Below, piece by piece: positions 37,969 through 48,769 of a DNA stretch of 64,000 nucleotides. The stretch lies in the IMG/VR virus record IMGVR_UViG_3300020477_000021. The stretch is one strand, 5' to 3'. The notes below the pieces were generated by a model, which was not told the DNA's origin, did no database searches, and worked only from the letters and a program-made list of their open reading frames with translations. This stretch comes from an uncultured virus (IMG/VR IMGVR_UViG_3300020477_000021). Its lineage: Duplodnaviria; Heunggongvirae; Uroviricota; Caudoviricetes. A program made the translations under genes and the position numbers. Position 1 is the stretch's first letter. Every line of letters starts with the position of its first letter.

Positions 37969-39222
37969 ATGACAAAACGTGAAATATTTAAAAATGCAAT
38001 TATTAAAAAGTATGGCAACAAGCAGTTTACTAAAGAACAAGCTCAAGAAGTTTGTTCTAAGAACGGATTAAGTGATTCGGATTTTCGTTCTATTTCATCT
38101 CATGTATTGAGAAAAATCAAAGTTGAAAAGGGTGTATTTTCTTTTCCCTCTGAACATTCTTTTGGTGGCAACAATAAATCTTCTAAAGTTGTTACCAAGA
38201 AAACTCCAAAAGTTGTTACACCAAAAAAGACTAAGGAAGTGCCAGTCGAGGAATTCATCAAAGATATTCCAGAAACGGTTTCAACAACGGTTCCTAATAT
38301 TCCAGTTGTTTCAAGTAGTGTAGTTGACCTTAAACCTGAAGCACATGAGGGTTATGTTACTCATGGCAATCATAAAGATGTTAAGTTGGTTATTAAGTCT
38401 AAGATGTTTTACCCAATCTTTATTACTGGATTGTCTGGTAATGGTAAAACTCTTTTGGTTCATCAAATTTGTCACGAACTTAAGCGTGATATGATTCGTG
38501 TAAATATTACGGTTGAAACGGATGAAGATGATTTGTTGGGTGGTTTTCGTTTGGTAGATGGTGAAACCGTTTGGCATGATGGTCCTGTTGTTACCGCGAT
38601 GGAAAATGGTTCCGTACTTCTATTGGATGAAATTGACTTGGCATCACATAAAGTTATGTGCTTACAGCCTGTATTGGAAGGCAAACCAATTTACTTGAAA
38701 AAAGTAAATCGTTATGTATATCCAAAGGCTGGTTTTACGGTTGTGGCAACTGCCAATACTAAGGGTAAGGGTTCTGATGATGGACGTTTCATGGGAACTA
38801 ATATTCTTAATGAGGCATTTCTTGACCGTTTTCCAGTTACTCTATATCAAGATTATCCTACAGCTTCAGTTGAGCAAAAGATACTTTCAAAGATATTTGA
38901 AAAGCATGATACAGAAGCTGATACTGATTTTGTTGAAAAGCTTTGTAAGTGGTCGGACGTTATTCGCAAGACGTTTGCGGACGGTGGTTGTGATGAGGTC
39001 ATTACAACGCGAAGATTGGTAAATGTTATTGAAGCGTTTCTAATCTTCAAGAACAAAGTGAAGGCGATTGAAATGTGCGTTGAGCGTTTTGATGACGATA
39101 CGAAATTGTCTTTCACGGATCTTTATAAAAAGATTGATGGCGGCATTGATCCTCTAGCAGAAACTTCTAGTGAAGAAGAAACTGAAATTAGAATTGAAGA
39201 AGAAACTGAGGTGCCATTCTAA
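37969..39222 (+). CDS. CobS/MoxR-like AAA+ ATPase
   Basis: GLSGNGKT, ETDEDDLLGG, LLDEID, ATANTKGKG, NEAFLDRF; ATG 37969 follows GGAG. Confidence 0.92.
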   Translation: MTKREIFKNAIIKKYGNKQFTKEQAQEVCSKNGLSDSDFRSISSHVLRKIKVEKGVFSFPSEHSFGGNNKSSKVVTKKTPKVVTPKKTKEVPVEEFIKDIPETVSTTVPNIPVVSSSVVDLKPEAHEGYVTHGNHKDVKLVIKSKMFYPIFITGLSGNGKTLLVHQICHELKRDMIRVNITVETDEDDLLGGFRLVDGETVWHDGPVVTAMENGSVLLLDEIDLASHKVMCLQPVLEGKPIYLKKVNRYVYPKAGFTVVATANTKGKGSDDGRFMGTNILNEAFLDRFPVTLYQDYPTASVEQKILSKIFEKHDTEADTDFVEKLCKWSDVIRKTFADGGCDEVITTRRLVNVIEAFLIFKNKVKAIEMCVERFDDDTKLSFTDLYKKIDGGIDPLAETSSEEETEIRIEEETEVPF

Positions 39223-39237
39223 AACGGAGGTAGCATA

Positions 39238-39609
39238 GTGAATCAACAACAATTATTATTTACAAAAGGAAAGGAAATATTAAAGGAGGGTGATGTAAGT
39301 GAAAATGCTTATATCATCCTCGAGGGAGAAGTAGAAGTAAAAAAGAGAATGCCAGATGGAAAGGAAAAACTTTTAGCAACATTAAGTGAAAATGAATTGT
39401 TTGGTGAATGTGGTTTAGTAGATTCACTTCCTAGAACAGCCACTTGTATTGCTAAGACTGATGTTTATGTAGCAACTGTTACGAAAGAGAATTACGCAGA
39501 GTTATTAAAAGATAAACCACAAGCTTTAATTCCAATTTTACGGATTGTTATTGATAGACTGCGTGGAACTATGAAGTTTGTCGAAGATATTTACGGAGCA
39601 ACAAGGTGA
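39238..39609 (+). CDS. Stand-alone cyclic-nucleotide-binding domain protein
   Basis: KG..I.KEGD....AYIILEGEVEV, LFGECGL....PRTAT: Crp-type cNMP fold with no HTH; GGAGG RBS, GTG start. Confidence 0.88.
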   Translation: MNQQQLLFTKGKEILKEGDVSENAYIILEGEVEVKKRMPDGKEKLLATLSENELFGECGLVDSLPRTATCIAKTDVYVATVTKENYAELLKDKPQALIPILRIVIDRLRGTMKFVEDIYGATR

Positions 39610-40544
39610 ATAATTTGTTATTTGTTGAAAAGTATAGACCGAAGGAAGTTGACGATTGTATTTTACCAGAGCGTCTCAAGAAAATCTTTAAAGAGATTGA
39701 GACCTCTGGTGAAATACCCAACTTACTTTTATCTGGTTCAAGTGGGGTTGGTAAAACCACGATTGCAAAAGTTTTATGTGATAAGATGAACTGCGATTGG
39801 ATAATGATTAACGGAAGCGAAGAAGGTCGAAAAATTGACACTCTGCGATATGAAGTGAAAAACTTTGCTTCCACCGTATCTTTATCCGGAGGTAAAAAAG
39901 TTGTTATTCTGGATGAAGCAGATTACTTAAATCCAGAATCAGTCCAACCAGCTCTCCGTGGTTTCATGGAAGAATTTTCGGAGAACTGTCGGTTTATATT
40001 TACTTGTAATTTTAAGAATAGAATTTTACCAGCACTTCATTCCAGGTGTTCTGTTGTTGATTTTACTATTCACAATGGTCAAAAGAAGGAGATGGCAGAG
40101 GCATTTTTCAAGAGATGTCAAACTATTCTTAAAAAAGAAAAGATAAAACATGATAATAAAGTTTTATCTCAATTAATTATAAAGTACTTTCCAGATTTTC
40201 GGAGAGTATTAAACGAACTCCAAAAGTATGGTGCTTCTGGGGAGATTGATGTTGGGATACTATCTGCATTAAGTGAGTTTTCTTTTGATGGTTTGGTTAA
40301 ACTTTTAAAGGAGAAAAAGTTTACTGAAATGAGAAAATGGGTTGTTGACAATCTTGACAATGACCCCTCAGCTGTGTTAAGGAAACTATATGATAATATG
40401 TTATCACATTTAAAACCAGATAGTATCCCACACGCAGTTTTGATTATTGCAAACTATCAATATAAGTCTGCGTTTGTTGCAGATCAAGAAATTAACTTGG
40501 TGGCTTGTTTAACTGAAATGATGGCAGAACTTGAATTTAAATAA
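39606..40544 (+). CDS. gp44: Clamp loader large subunit gp44
   Basis: VEKYRP, GSSGVGKTT, ILDEADYL, SRC. Confidence 0.96.
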   Translation: MNNLLFVEKYRPKEVDDCILPERLKKIFKEIETSGEIPNLLLSGSSGVGKTTIAKVLCDKMNCDWIMINGSEEGRKIDTLRYEVKNFASTVSLSGGKKVVILDEADYLNPESVQPALRGFMEEFSENCRFIFTCNFKNRILPALHSRCSVVDFTIHNGQKKEMAEAFFKRCQTILKKEKIKHDNKVLSQLIIKYFPDFRRVLNELQKYGASGEIDVGILSALSEFSFDGLVKLLKEKKFTEMRKWVVDNLDNDPSAVLRKLYDNMLSHLKPDSIPHAVLIIANYQYKSAFVADQEINLVACLTEMMAELEFK

Positions 40545-40556
40545 GGAGTTTATATT

Positions 40557-40784
40557 ATGAATTGGTTGCTTTATGTTATGGTTGTTATTACAGTTGGTGG
40601 TGAACCACCGTTTGAATCAAATTTTACTATTCCATTAAAGACGGAAGGTGCGTGTCATAAGATGGAAGAAAAGATTGAAGCTGACGCAACTTTAAGTTGG
40701 ACTGAAAGTATATCTGTTAAAGTTGAATCACGTTGTTTTGAGCGAACTTCTATAAAAGAAGTTAGCAATACTTTTGAAGATTAA
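40557..40784 (+). CDS. Small hypothetical, possibly exported, protein
   Basis: Hydrophobic N-terminus, two Cys; AAGGAG RBS. Confidence 0.6.
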   Translation: MNWLLYVMVVITVGGEPPFESNFTIPLKTEGACHKMEEKIEADATLSWTESISVKVESRCFERTSIKEVSNTFED

Positions 40785-40788
40785 ATCT

Positions 40789-40796
40789 TATAAATA
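40789..40796 (+). promoter_or_regulatory. Late promoter TATAAATA
   Basis: Exact consensus, intergenic. Confidence 0.7.
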
Positions 40797-40816
40797 TATG
40801 ATGGGAGGATTCTAAA

Positions 40817-41152
40817 ATGGAAAATAATTTTAAATTAGGTGTAGGAGATAGTGCTGTTGTTATTCGTGAAGATGGTACTATTGAAATCGCAGTTGTTAAT
40901 GGTGAAGAAGAAATGGAAGAAGGTCATCTTGCAGAAACGTGTCCGAGTATGCACCTTGCATTATCGTTGGCTTCAGCAACTAGTGATGAGTCTTTAATGG
41001 AATTAATCCATGAACATTTTGAAGAATTAATGGAACGTATTAATAAAGATAAGGGAGTTAATTGGAAGAAACTTTCAGATCAGAGTATTCCTTCAAAGAA
41101 AATAGTGGTTGATTGGGATGCTGAATTAAAGAAGTTAAATAAAAATAACTGA
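40817..41152 (+). CDS. Hypothetical protein
   Basis: GGAGG RBS; 111 aa. Confidence 0.7.
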   Translation: MENNFKLGVGDSAVVIREDGTIEIAVVNGEEEMEEGHLAETCPSMHLALSLASATSDESLMELIHEHFEELMERINKDKGVNWKKLSDQSIPSKKIVVDWDAELKKLNKNN

Positions 41153-41190
41153 ATTGATAATGATTGATTTGATGTGAAAGGAGGTGCTCT

Positions 41191-41775
41191 ATGGTAATTA
41201 AAAATGACGAGGAAAAATATAAATTTTTGAAAGATATAATTTCTATTGCTCATGGTAAAGTAAATATTTCTGGCGGTAAGGTGTTTCAACATGAAATATT
41301 TTTAGTAATCAAAAATAGTGGTAAGCATGATGAGGTACATGAGGAATATAAAATTCCTTTAGTTGATGGTGGTAAACGTAAGTATCATCAGGTGGATATA
41401 CTTATAGTTGATAAAGATAAAGTTATCGCTATTAACTCAAAAGGTAAATCATTTAATTCTACTGATACTGAAGATGCTAGGTTGAATGATGTTAAACTTT
41501 TTACTAAATCAATAAAAAAGGAATTTCCGAATAAGAAGGTAGTATATCAATTCCTTAAAGATGAATATGGAACTACAAAAATATCTCAATATGAGTATTT
41601 TGAAAAAAAAGGTGTTCCTGTGTATAATACAGAGAAGTATTTGGTTGAGCATTATAATATTGACTTTGATGCTTTAGAGAAACGTAGACAAAAAGAATGC
41701 GTCAGAAGGGCTGAGGAGGCAATAAAAGCTTCGGGTGTGGTTGATCTGAAGGCTTTATATGCAGCTGCCAGATAA
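41191..41775 (+). CDS. Restriction-endonuclease-like protein
   Basis: HQVDILI...IAINSKG resembles a degenerate PD-(D/E)xK core; adjacent to an MTase. Confidence 0.45.
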   Translation: MVIKNDEEKYKFLKDIISIAHGKVNISGGKVFQHEIFLVIKNSGKHDEVHEEYKIPLVDGGKRKYHQVDILIVDKDKVIAINSKGKSFNSTDTEDARLNDVKLFTKSIKKEFPNKKVVYQFLKDEYGTTKISQYEYFEKKGVPVYNTEKYLVEHYNIDFDALEKRRQKECVRRAEEAIKASGVVDLKALYAAAR

Positions 41776-41809
41776 AAACAATTTGAGAACTTCTTGTATA
41801 AGGTATTAA

Positions 41810-42562
41810 GTGATGGAAAAATTAAGCAAATTTATGGATTGTGATATAGATATAAAGAATATTGATGCTATAGAATTACTTAAATCAATAGAGAGTAATA
41901 GTATTGATTTAATTGTAACGGACCCTCCCTATCCTGTAATTGGTGGTGGGTCAAATGTTAATAATGAAAAAGGTAGACCAAAAGGAATTCTTAAAAAGAA
42001 TGATGGTAAAATATTTGAACATAATGATATTCATATTACTAAGTGGATATACGAATTTTATCGTATATTAAAAGAAGATACTCATTTATATATTATGATT
42101 AATTTTTTAAATCTTGAGAATTATATGCAAGAAATAAGAAAGGCAGGATTTGATATTCATTCACTTTTGGTATGGCAAAAAAACAATGCAACACCTTCAA
42201 GATGGTATATGAAAAATGGTGAATATGTTATTTTTGCAAGAAAGGGGTCTGCCAAAGCAATTAAGAAACCTGGTTCTAAAATGATTCATAAGTTTAACAA
42301 TCCTACGAGTCCAAAACGACATGAAACAGAAAAGCCAATTGATTTAATACAGATGTATATAGAAAATTCTTCAAATATAGGTGATACAATCTTTGATCCA
42401 TTTATGGGTAGTGGGAGTTGTCCAGTAGCTTGTATTCGGTCCCATAGAAAGTTTATTGGTTCGGAGATAGATACGAAACATTATGCTACTATTCAAACTA
42501 GAATAAACGAAGAATTAGAATTGCAAAAAAATAGTTTGTTGTTAATGGGTGGTTTTCATTAA
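41810..42562 (+). CDS. DNA amino-methyltransferase (N6-A/N4-C, beta class)
   Basis: TDPPY before H.TEKP and DPFMGSGS. Confidence 0.92.
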   Translation: MMEKLSKFMDCDIDIKNIDAIELLKSIESNSIDLIVTDPPYPVIGGGSNVNNEKGRPKGILKKNDGKIFEHNDIHITKWIYEFYRILKEDTHLYIMINFLNLENYMQEIRKAGFDIHSLLVWQKNNATPSRWYMKNGEYVIFARKGSAKAIKKPGSKMIHKFNNPTSPKRHETEKPIDLIQMYIENSSNIGDTIFDPFMGSGSCPVACIRSHRKFIGSEIDTKHYATIQTRINEELELQKNSLLLMGGFH

Positions 42563-42577
42563 AGGAGAAATTTTATA

Positions 42578-43036
42578 ATGATAAATGAATTGTCAAGTAA
42601 AACTGTTGTTGAATATGAGGAAGTAGAAAAACTGAAGCGTGACCCGTGGAAGTTTATTTCAGATATTTCTGATAAAAAACAATATATATTTGATGCTTCC
42701 GATATTCAACTTGAAAAGGAATATGATCCGTTTCTTACTAATAGAAACTTTTCTCATTTTCCAGATACAGTTTTATTTGCAAATGAGATAAATAGTTCTT
42801 ATAATTTGCATCCAAAAATGCAATATGATTATTATTTTTATTCTATTAAGAAACGCTTTAGACGCTCTAGTTGGTATAAACAAACTAAAGATGATGATAT
42901 AAAAGTAATAATGAAGAAATACAAGTATAATCGAAAACGGGCGGAGGAAGTATTACCAATGTTGAGTAAAGAGCAGCTCAATGAACTCAAACAGTCACTT
43001 TTCATCGGAGGCATGAAGAAAAGTTATAACTTTTGA
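42578..43036 (+). CDS. gp62: Clamp loader small subunit gp62
   Basis: Y.PFL.NR.FS.F.DTVLFANE.N, MQYDYY. Confidence 0.88.
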   Translation: MINELSSKTVVEYEEVEKLKRDPWKFISDISDKKQYIFDASDIQLEKEYDPFLTNRNFSHFPDTVLFANEINSSYNLHPKMQYDYYFYSIKKRFRRSSWYKQTKDDDIKVIMKKYKYNRKRAEEVLPMLSKEQLNELKQSLFIGGMKKSYNF

Positions 43037-43040
43037 AAAG

Positions 43041-43090
43041 TATAAATAATAATGACACCAATCACTTTTGGTCGGTGCATTATTATTTTT
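43041..43090 (+). promoter_or_regulatory. Late promoter TATAAATA (43041-43048) overlapping a terminator-like hairpin upstream of regA
   Basis: aataataatg-a-cacc ... ggtg-cattattatt followed by ttt. Confidence 0.65.
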
Positions 43091-43112
43091 AGAATAAAGA
43101 GAGGATCTTATT

Positions 43113-43532
43113 ATGGATGCGGAAATTGTAAAAATTGGTGTGGATGATATGCTAGAAGTTACTCTCCAAGAACGTGATGATTTCTTGAAAGTTAAAGAAA
43201 CTTTGACCCGAATTGGTGTTGCTTCTAAAAAAGAAAAGAAATTATATCAATCGTGCCACATACTACATAAACAAGGTAAATATTACATAGTACATTTTAA
43301 AGAGCTATTTGCACTTGATGGTAAACCAACTAATCTAAGTGAGAATGATATAGCAAGACGTAATACGATAGCAATGTTATTAGAAGAATGGGAATTGATT
43401 GATATTGTTAATCAAGATCAAACTGAACCAAATGTTCCTGTTCGTCAGCTCAAGATTTTAAATTTTAAAGAGAAAGATGAGTGGGAATTACTTGCCAAGT
43501 ATAATATAGGCAATAGTAGTTATGAAAAATAG
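43113..43532 (+). CDS. regA: Translational repressor RegA
   Basis: DDFLKVKETLTRIG, LYQSCHILHKQGKYYIVHFKELF.LDG. Confidence 0.97.
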   Translation: MDAEIVKIGVDDMLEVTLQERDDFLKVKETLTRIGVASKKEKKLYQSCHILHKQGKYYIVHFKELFALDGKPTNLSENDIARRNTIAMLLEEWELIDIVNQDQTEPNVPVRQLKILNFKEKDEWELLAKYNIGNSSYEK

Positions 43533-43543
43533 AAAGGAGTAAA

Positions 43544-43816
43544 GTGATGAGATTTATTTTTATATTATGTTTTCTTTTCATGGCTGGTTGTGGTGGATTA
43601 TCATTAGGAACAGCATTGATAGCAAATACAGGTGGAACGATTGCTGGAAACGCAGCTTGGCATAAAATTAAAGAAAAATATCCGGAACATTTTCCAGATA
43701 AAGTTGAAGAAATTTCAAAAAGTGAAAAAGAAGAATTGTTGAAAAAAATGTCAGACATGAATGATAAGTATTTAAAATTAATTGAAGAAATGGAGAATGA
43801 ACAAGAAGGAAATTAA
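43544..43816 (+). CDS. Putative lipoprotein
   Basis: Lipobox-like FMAGC after a hydrophobic stretch. Confidence 0.6.
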   Translation: MMRFIFILCFLFMAGCGGLSLGTALIANTGGTIAGNAAWHKIKEKYPEHFPDKVEEISKSEKEELLKKMSDMNDKYLKLIEEMENEQEGN

Positions 43817-43819
43817 ATT

Positions 43820-46249
43820 ATGTTTTATACTAATTGTGACATTGGACTTGATGGTAAGATTTTATATCGTGGAATTGATAGTAACGGTGAACGTGTAACG
43901 TATCGAGATAATTTTAATCCTACCTTATTTTTAAAAACAGATACGCCAGATTCAAAATATAAACTTTTGGATGGCACTTTAGTCTCACCGATGGAATTTT
44001 CCGATATTCCTGATGCTAGAGATTTTGTGAAGAAATATAAAGATGTAGATAACTTTGACATATTTGGAATGACTCGGTATCAGTATCAATACATTTCAAA
44101 TAAATTCAAAAACGAAATAAACTGGGATTTTAATCAACTTAAAATCTTTGTATTGGATATAGAAATAGATGCACGGGATGGTTTTCCAAACTTGGAAACG
44201 GTTCCCGCTTTTGTCACTTCTATTGCAATCAAAGATATGAACAAAGGGGATTATTATATTTGGGGCTATGGTGATTATGATACCTCGAATGAAAAAGTTC
44301 ATTATACAAAAGTAGAGGATGAAGAAGAACTCTTTGAATCATTTATAGATTTTTGGTCGAGTGACCATCCAGATATTATTACTGGGTGGAATATATCGTT
44401 TTTTGATATTCCATATTTGATTAGACGAGCAAGAGCTCTTGGTATTAAAGAAAAAGTTATTCGCAAGTTGTCACCGTGGAACCGGTATGATGAAATTAAA
44501 ATACCATTACAAGGAAGAGTAGAAACGAAATATCAGTTTAGGGGAATTACAACTTTAGATTATATGGATTTGTATAAGAAGTTTTCATATACGGCCAGAG
44601 AATCTTATGCACTTAACTATATTGCAAAAGTTGAAATTGGTAAACAGAAAACAGACGAAGGAAAACATACGGGTTTTAATTTATTTCAAACAGATCATCA
44701 GCAGTTTATTAATTATAATATTGGTGATGTTGATTTGGTTGGTGAATTAGATAATAAGTTAAAACTAATTAAATTGATTTGTACGATGGCATATAGTGCG
44801 AAGTGTAATTATGATGATGTATTTTCTCAAGTAAGAACCTGGGATTGTATTATCTATAATTATTTGTTGGAACATGATATTGTTATTCCATTTACGAAAA
44901 AAGAAGAAAAGAAGTCATCATATGCAGGTGCCTATGTTAAAGATGTTAGTCCTGGATTATATGAGCATGTAGTATCATTTGATATTGCATCTCTGTATCC
45001 CAATATTATTAGAACATTAAATATAGGTCCTGAAACATTTGTTACGAAATTAAATAATGTGGATGTTAATTTTCAATTAAAGAAAAAAGATTTTGGAGTA
45101 ACAGGAAAGGCCGTTGGGGCTAATGGTGCAGTTTATCGAACTGATGAACAAAGTATTTTTTCACAGTTAGTAGAAAAAATTTATAATAGGAGAGTTTCCT
45201 TACGAACTGAAATGATGAAGTTGAAGAAAGCTAAATCAACTGATACTGAAAAGATTTCTAATTTGGATGTTGAACAATACGCATTAAAGATTCAACTTAA
45301 TTCTTTATACGGTGCGATTGGAAATCAGTATTTTCGATATTTTGATGTTAGACACGCAGAAGCAATTACATTAACTGGTCAAACGGTTATTCAATGGGTG
45401 GAACGAGCAGTTAATAAAGAACTTCAAGGAAAGTATGGAAAAGTATTTTATTGTGATACAGATTCAATATTTGTTACAATGAAAAAATTGATTGATGAAG
45501 TCAAACCGCCAGATTCAATTAATTATTTAGATAAATTTTGTAAGAAAGTCCTGGAACCTTGTATTGAAAAATCATTTAATGAATATTGTGATTATGTAAG
45601 TGCGTATAAAAATCATTTAGTGATGAAACGTGAGGCTATTGGCGACAAGGGTATCTGGACAGCAAAGAAACGATATATGTTGAATATTCACGATAATGAA
45701 GGAATTCGATATGATACTCCTGAATTAAAAATTATGGGAATTGAATCTGTACGAAGTTCAACTCCAGAATGTTGTCGAGATAAATTAAAAGAAACGATTG
45801 CATTAATTTTGAATGAGGACCAATCAACTGTTCAGAATTTTATTAAAGAGTTTAAAGATAAGTTTAAAACTTTAGGTGCAGATGCAGTTGCATTTCCTCG
45901 GTCTATTAATGGTGTCCAGAAGTATGAAGATAAAAAGACTTTATATAAAAAGTCAACACCAATTCATGTTCGAGGAAGTTTGTTATATAATAAATTACTG
46001 AAAAAGGCAAAATTGGAGAAACGAAACGAACCAATTAAGAATGGTGATAAAATCAAGTTTTGTTATTTAAAACCAAATCGAACTATGGAAAATGTAATTT
46101 CTTTTAAAGACGAGCTTCCAAAAGAGTTAGAAATGGATAAATATATAGACTATGATTTACAGTTTGCGAAAGCATTCGAGGAACCACTTACTTCCATATT
46201 AAATGCACGAAAATGGCAGTTAGAGCAAACTGGAGTATTACCAATTTAA
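43820..46249 (+). CDS. gp43: DNA polymerase family B gp43
   Basis: Exonuclease DIE and GWN..FD; polymerase SFDIASLYP, KIQLNSLYG, YCDTDS, KKRY. Confidence 0.97.
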   Translation: MFYTNCDIGLDGKILYRGIDSNGERVTYRDNFNPTLFLKTDTPDSKYKLLDGTLVSPMEFSDIPDARDFVKKYKDVDNFDIFGMTRYQYQYISNKFKNEINWDFNQLKIFVLDIEIDARDGFPNLETVPAFVTSIAIKDMNKGDYYIWGYGDYDTSNEKVHYTKVEDEEELFESFIDFWSSDHPDIITGWNISFFDIPYLIRRARALGIKEKVIRKLSPWNRYDEIKIPLQGRVETKYQFRGITTLDYMDLYKKFSYTARESYALNYIAKVEIGKQKTDEGKHTGFNLFQTDHQQFINYNIGDVDLVGELDNKLKLIKLICTMAYSAKCNYDDVFSQVRTWDCIIYNYLLEHDIVIPFTKKEEKKSSYAGAYVKDVSPGLYEHVVSFDIASLYPNIIRTLNIGPETFVTKLNNVDVNFQLKKKDFGVTGKAVGANGAVYRTDEQSIFSQLVEKIYNRRVSLRTEMMKLKKAKSTDTEKISNLDVEQYALKIQLNSLYGAIGNQYFRYFDVRHAEAITLTGQTVIQWVERAVNKELQGKYGKVFYCDTDSIFVTMKKLIDEVKPPDSINYLDKFCKKVLEPCIEKSFNEYCDYVSAYKNHLVMKREAIGDKGIWTAKKRYMLNIHDNEGIRYDTPELKIMGIESVRSSTPECCRDKLKETIALILNEDQSTVQNFIKEFKDKFKTLGADAVAFPRSINGVQKYEDKKTLYKKSTPIHVRGSLLYNKLLKKAKLEKRNEPIKNGDKIKFCYLKPNRTMENVISFKDELPKELEMDKYIDYDLQFAKAFEEPLTSILNARKWQLEQTGVLPI

Positions 46250-46261
46250 GGAGGTCACGAT

Positions 46262-46714
46262 ATGGCCAAGTCAACCGATTATGAATCTGATTTTGGATTT
46301 GAGAATTATGAAGATTTTGATTTTGGAATTTCATCCGTAAGTCAAGAGGAATACGAATCTGCGAAAGAAGATGTAACAACAGCTGTTGGTGCATCTACTG
46401 CAAATTTGGAAAATAAGATTGATGATTTGATGAATGTTCTTAAAGGTGAAATTTCTCAACATGACCATGAACCAAAATTAGATGAAATAATTGCAATGCA
46501 AAAAGAAATGAAAGAAAATTTAGATACTACAGCATTGCAAGAACAAGCAGTAGAAAAAGTTAATGGTAAATTGAAAGAAGTAGAAAGATTGATTATGCCG
46601 TTGATGTTTAATTTAATGAAAAACCCAGAAAATCAGTATATCAAATGGCCCGGAAGAAAACCGGTTATTGAGAAGCAAATTAAGAAGATATTAGAAGTAA
46701 CCAGAGGTGGGTAA
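46262..46714 (+). CDS. Hypothetical protein
   Basis: AAGGAGG RBS; DFDFG and I.PL..NL.KNP...YI.WP.R patterns. Confidence 0.75.
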   Translation: MAKSTDYESDFGFENYEDFDFGISSVSQEEYESAKEDVTTAVGASTANLENKIDDLMNVLKGEISQHDHEPKLDEIIAMQKEMKENLDTTALQEQAVEKVNGKLKEVERLIMPLMFNLMKNPENQYIKWPGRKPVIEKQIKKILEVTRGG

Positions 46715-46884
46715 TGTCTCGGCGTATATGTCACGAAATTGCGTGGATTGTGTTGAGAATAAAAATTAAATTGACACATAGGCTATATCATGCAAAAGTA
46801 AGAGATGGTCATAATTATTATGATACTTGTTTTGAGAAAATTATTAACAAAACATGGATTAAAATATTAAAACTTCTTATTTGA
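46714..46884 (+). CDS. Small ORF (56 aa) missing from the ORF track
   Basis: TAATG-coupled; MSRRICHEIAW...KILKLLI; GAGG RBS. Confidence 0.5.
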   Translation: MSRRICHEIAWIVLRIKIKLTHRLYHAKVRDGHNYYDTCFEKIINKTWIKILKLLI

Positions 46885-46893
46885 GGTGACTTA

Positions 46894-48384
46894 ATGAGTG
46901 TTGAGTATAAAAATTATATAAACGGTGAATGGTCAACGGCTGGGACCCGAAGAACTTTTGAAAATCATAATCCAGCAGATAATGCACAACTGATTGGTAC
47001 GTTTCAAAATTCTGGACGAGGAGATGTTAATTATGCAGCTACATCTGCAAGGTTAGCACAACGGGGTTGGGCAGATACACCTGCACCGAAACGTGCAGAA
47101 CTTATTTATGAAATTGGAAATGAGTTGATTCAACAAAAAGAACATATTGCTGAAATTATGACAAGAGAAATGGGCAAAGTTCTTGCAGAAACACGAGGAG
47201 ATGTTCAAGAAGCGATTGACATGGCATTTTATGCAGCTGGTGAAGGTCGTAGATTGTTTGGTCATACTACCACATCCGAAAGTCCTAATAAATGGGCAAT
47301 GTCAAAACGTGTTCCAGTTGGTGTAATTGGTTGTATTACACCGTGGAATTTTCCACTTGCAATTCCGTCCTGGAAAATATTTCCCGCACTAGTGGCAGGT
47401 AATACTGTTGTTATTAAACCAGCAGAAGACACGCCCCACACAGTAATGAAGTTTGCAGAGATTTGTGCGGGATTTTTGCCTCCAGGTGTTTTGAATTTTG
47501 TTACTGGTTACGGACTTGATGCTGGAGAACCATTAGTAAATCATCCATTAATTGATTTTATTTCTTTTACAGGCTCAACTGCAACTGGAACTGAAATTGC
47601 AAAAAGTTGTGCAGCTCAAGGAAAACCATATTCACTTGAGATGGGTGGAAAGAATGTTGCAATTATTATGGATGATGCAGATTTAGATTTAGCAGTTAAT
47701 GGAGTTATATGGGGAGCATTTGGAACTACTGGCCAGAGATGTACTGCAACAAGTCGTACTATTGTCCATGAAAAGATTTATGATAAGTTTGAACAAAAAT
47801 TAGTTGACACAGCTCAGAAATTAAAAGTTGGTGACGGACTTATTTCAGAAATTGATATGGGTCCTTTGATTAATGCAAAAGCATTAACTAAAGTTGATTC
47901 TTATGTAATGGCAGGCAATGCGGAAGGTGCAGATATGTTATGTGGTGGAAAGTATATACCATCAAAAGAAGATCCTTTGTTTCTTGAGAGAGGTCATTTT
48001 TATCTTCCAACAGTATTTGCAAATTGTAATAGAAAAATGTCAATTATTCAAGAAGAAATATTTGGACCTGTTGTTGGTCTTATGAAAGTAAAAGATTTAG
48101 ACGAAGCTCTAGTATTTGCAAATGAATGTGATTATGGTTTATCATCTGCAATATTTACCCAAGATGTAAACAAAGCATTTAGGTTTGTTGAACATACAAA
48201 TACTGGTATGGCTTATGTCAATGCAGGAACGATTGGCGCAGAAGTTCATTTGCCATTCGGAGGAGTAAAAGGAACTGGTAATGGTCATAGAGAGGCTGGT
48301 CAAACTATGTTAGATAATGTGACAGAGTGGAAATCAATTTTCTTTGATTATTCTGGTAAAATTCAAAAAGCTCAAATAGATTAG
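46894..48384 (+). CDS. NAD(P)-dependent aldehyde dehydrogenase
   Basis: [38 protein letters not shown]. Confidence 0.95.
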   Translation: MSVEYKNYINGEWSTAGTRRTFENHNPADNAQLIGTFQNSGRGDVNYAATSARLAQRGWADTPAPKRAELIYEIGNELIQQKEHIAEIMTREMGKVLAETRGDVQEAIDMAFYAAGEGRRLFGHTTTSESPNKWAMSKRVPVGVIGCITPWNFPLAIPSWKIFPALVAGNTVVIKPAEDTPHTVMKFAEICAGFLPPGVLNFVTGYGLDAGEPLVNHPLIDFISFTGSTATGTEIAKSCAAQGKPYSLEMGGKNVAIIMDDADLDLAVNGVIWGAFGTTGQRCTATSRTIVHEKIYDKFEQKLVDTAQKLKVGDGLISEIDMGPLINAKALTKVDSYVMAGNAEGADMLCGGKYIPSKEDPLFLERGHFYLPTVFANCNRKMSIIQEEIFGPVVGLMKVKDLDEALVFANECDYGLSSAIFTQDVNKAFRFVEHTNTGMAYVNAGTIGAEVHLPFGGVKGTGNGHREAGQTMLDNVTEWKSIFFDYSGKIQKAQID

Positions 48385-48732
<348 letters not shown>

Positions 48733-48769
48733 GAGGAGATTATGATGTATTTTAATCGAGGAGGTTCTT

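Noticed and set aside
35564..39222. Cobalamin biosynthesis (cobS/cobT) as a metabolic gene pair
   Set aside because: This is the MoxR AAA+/VWA pair widespread in T4-like phages; no other cob genes are present.
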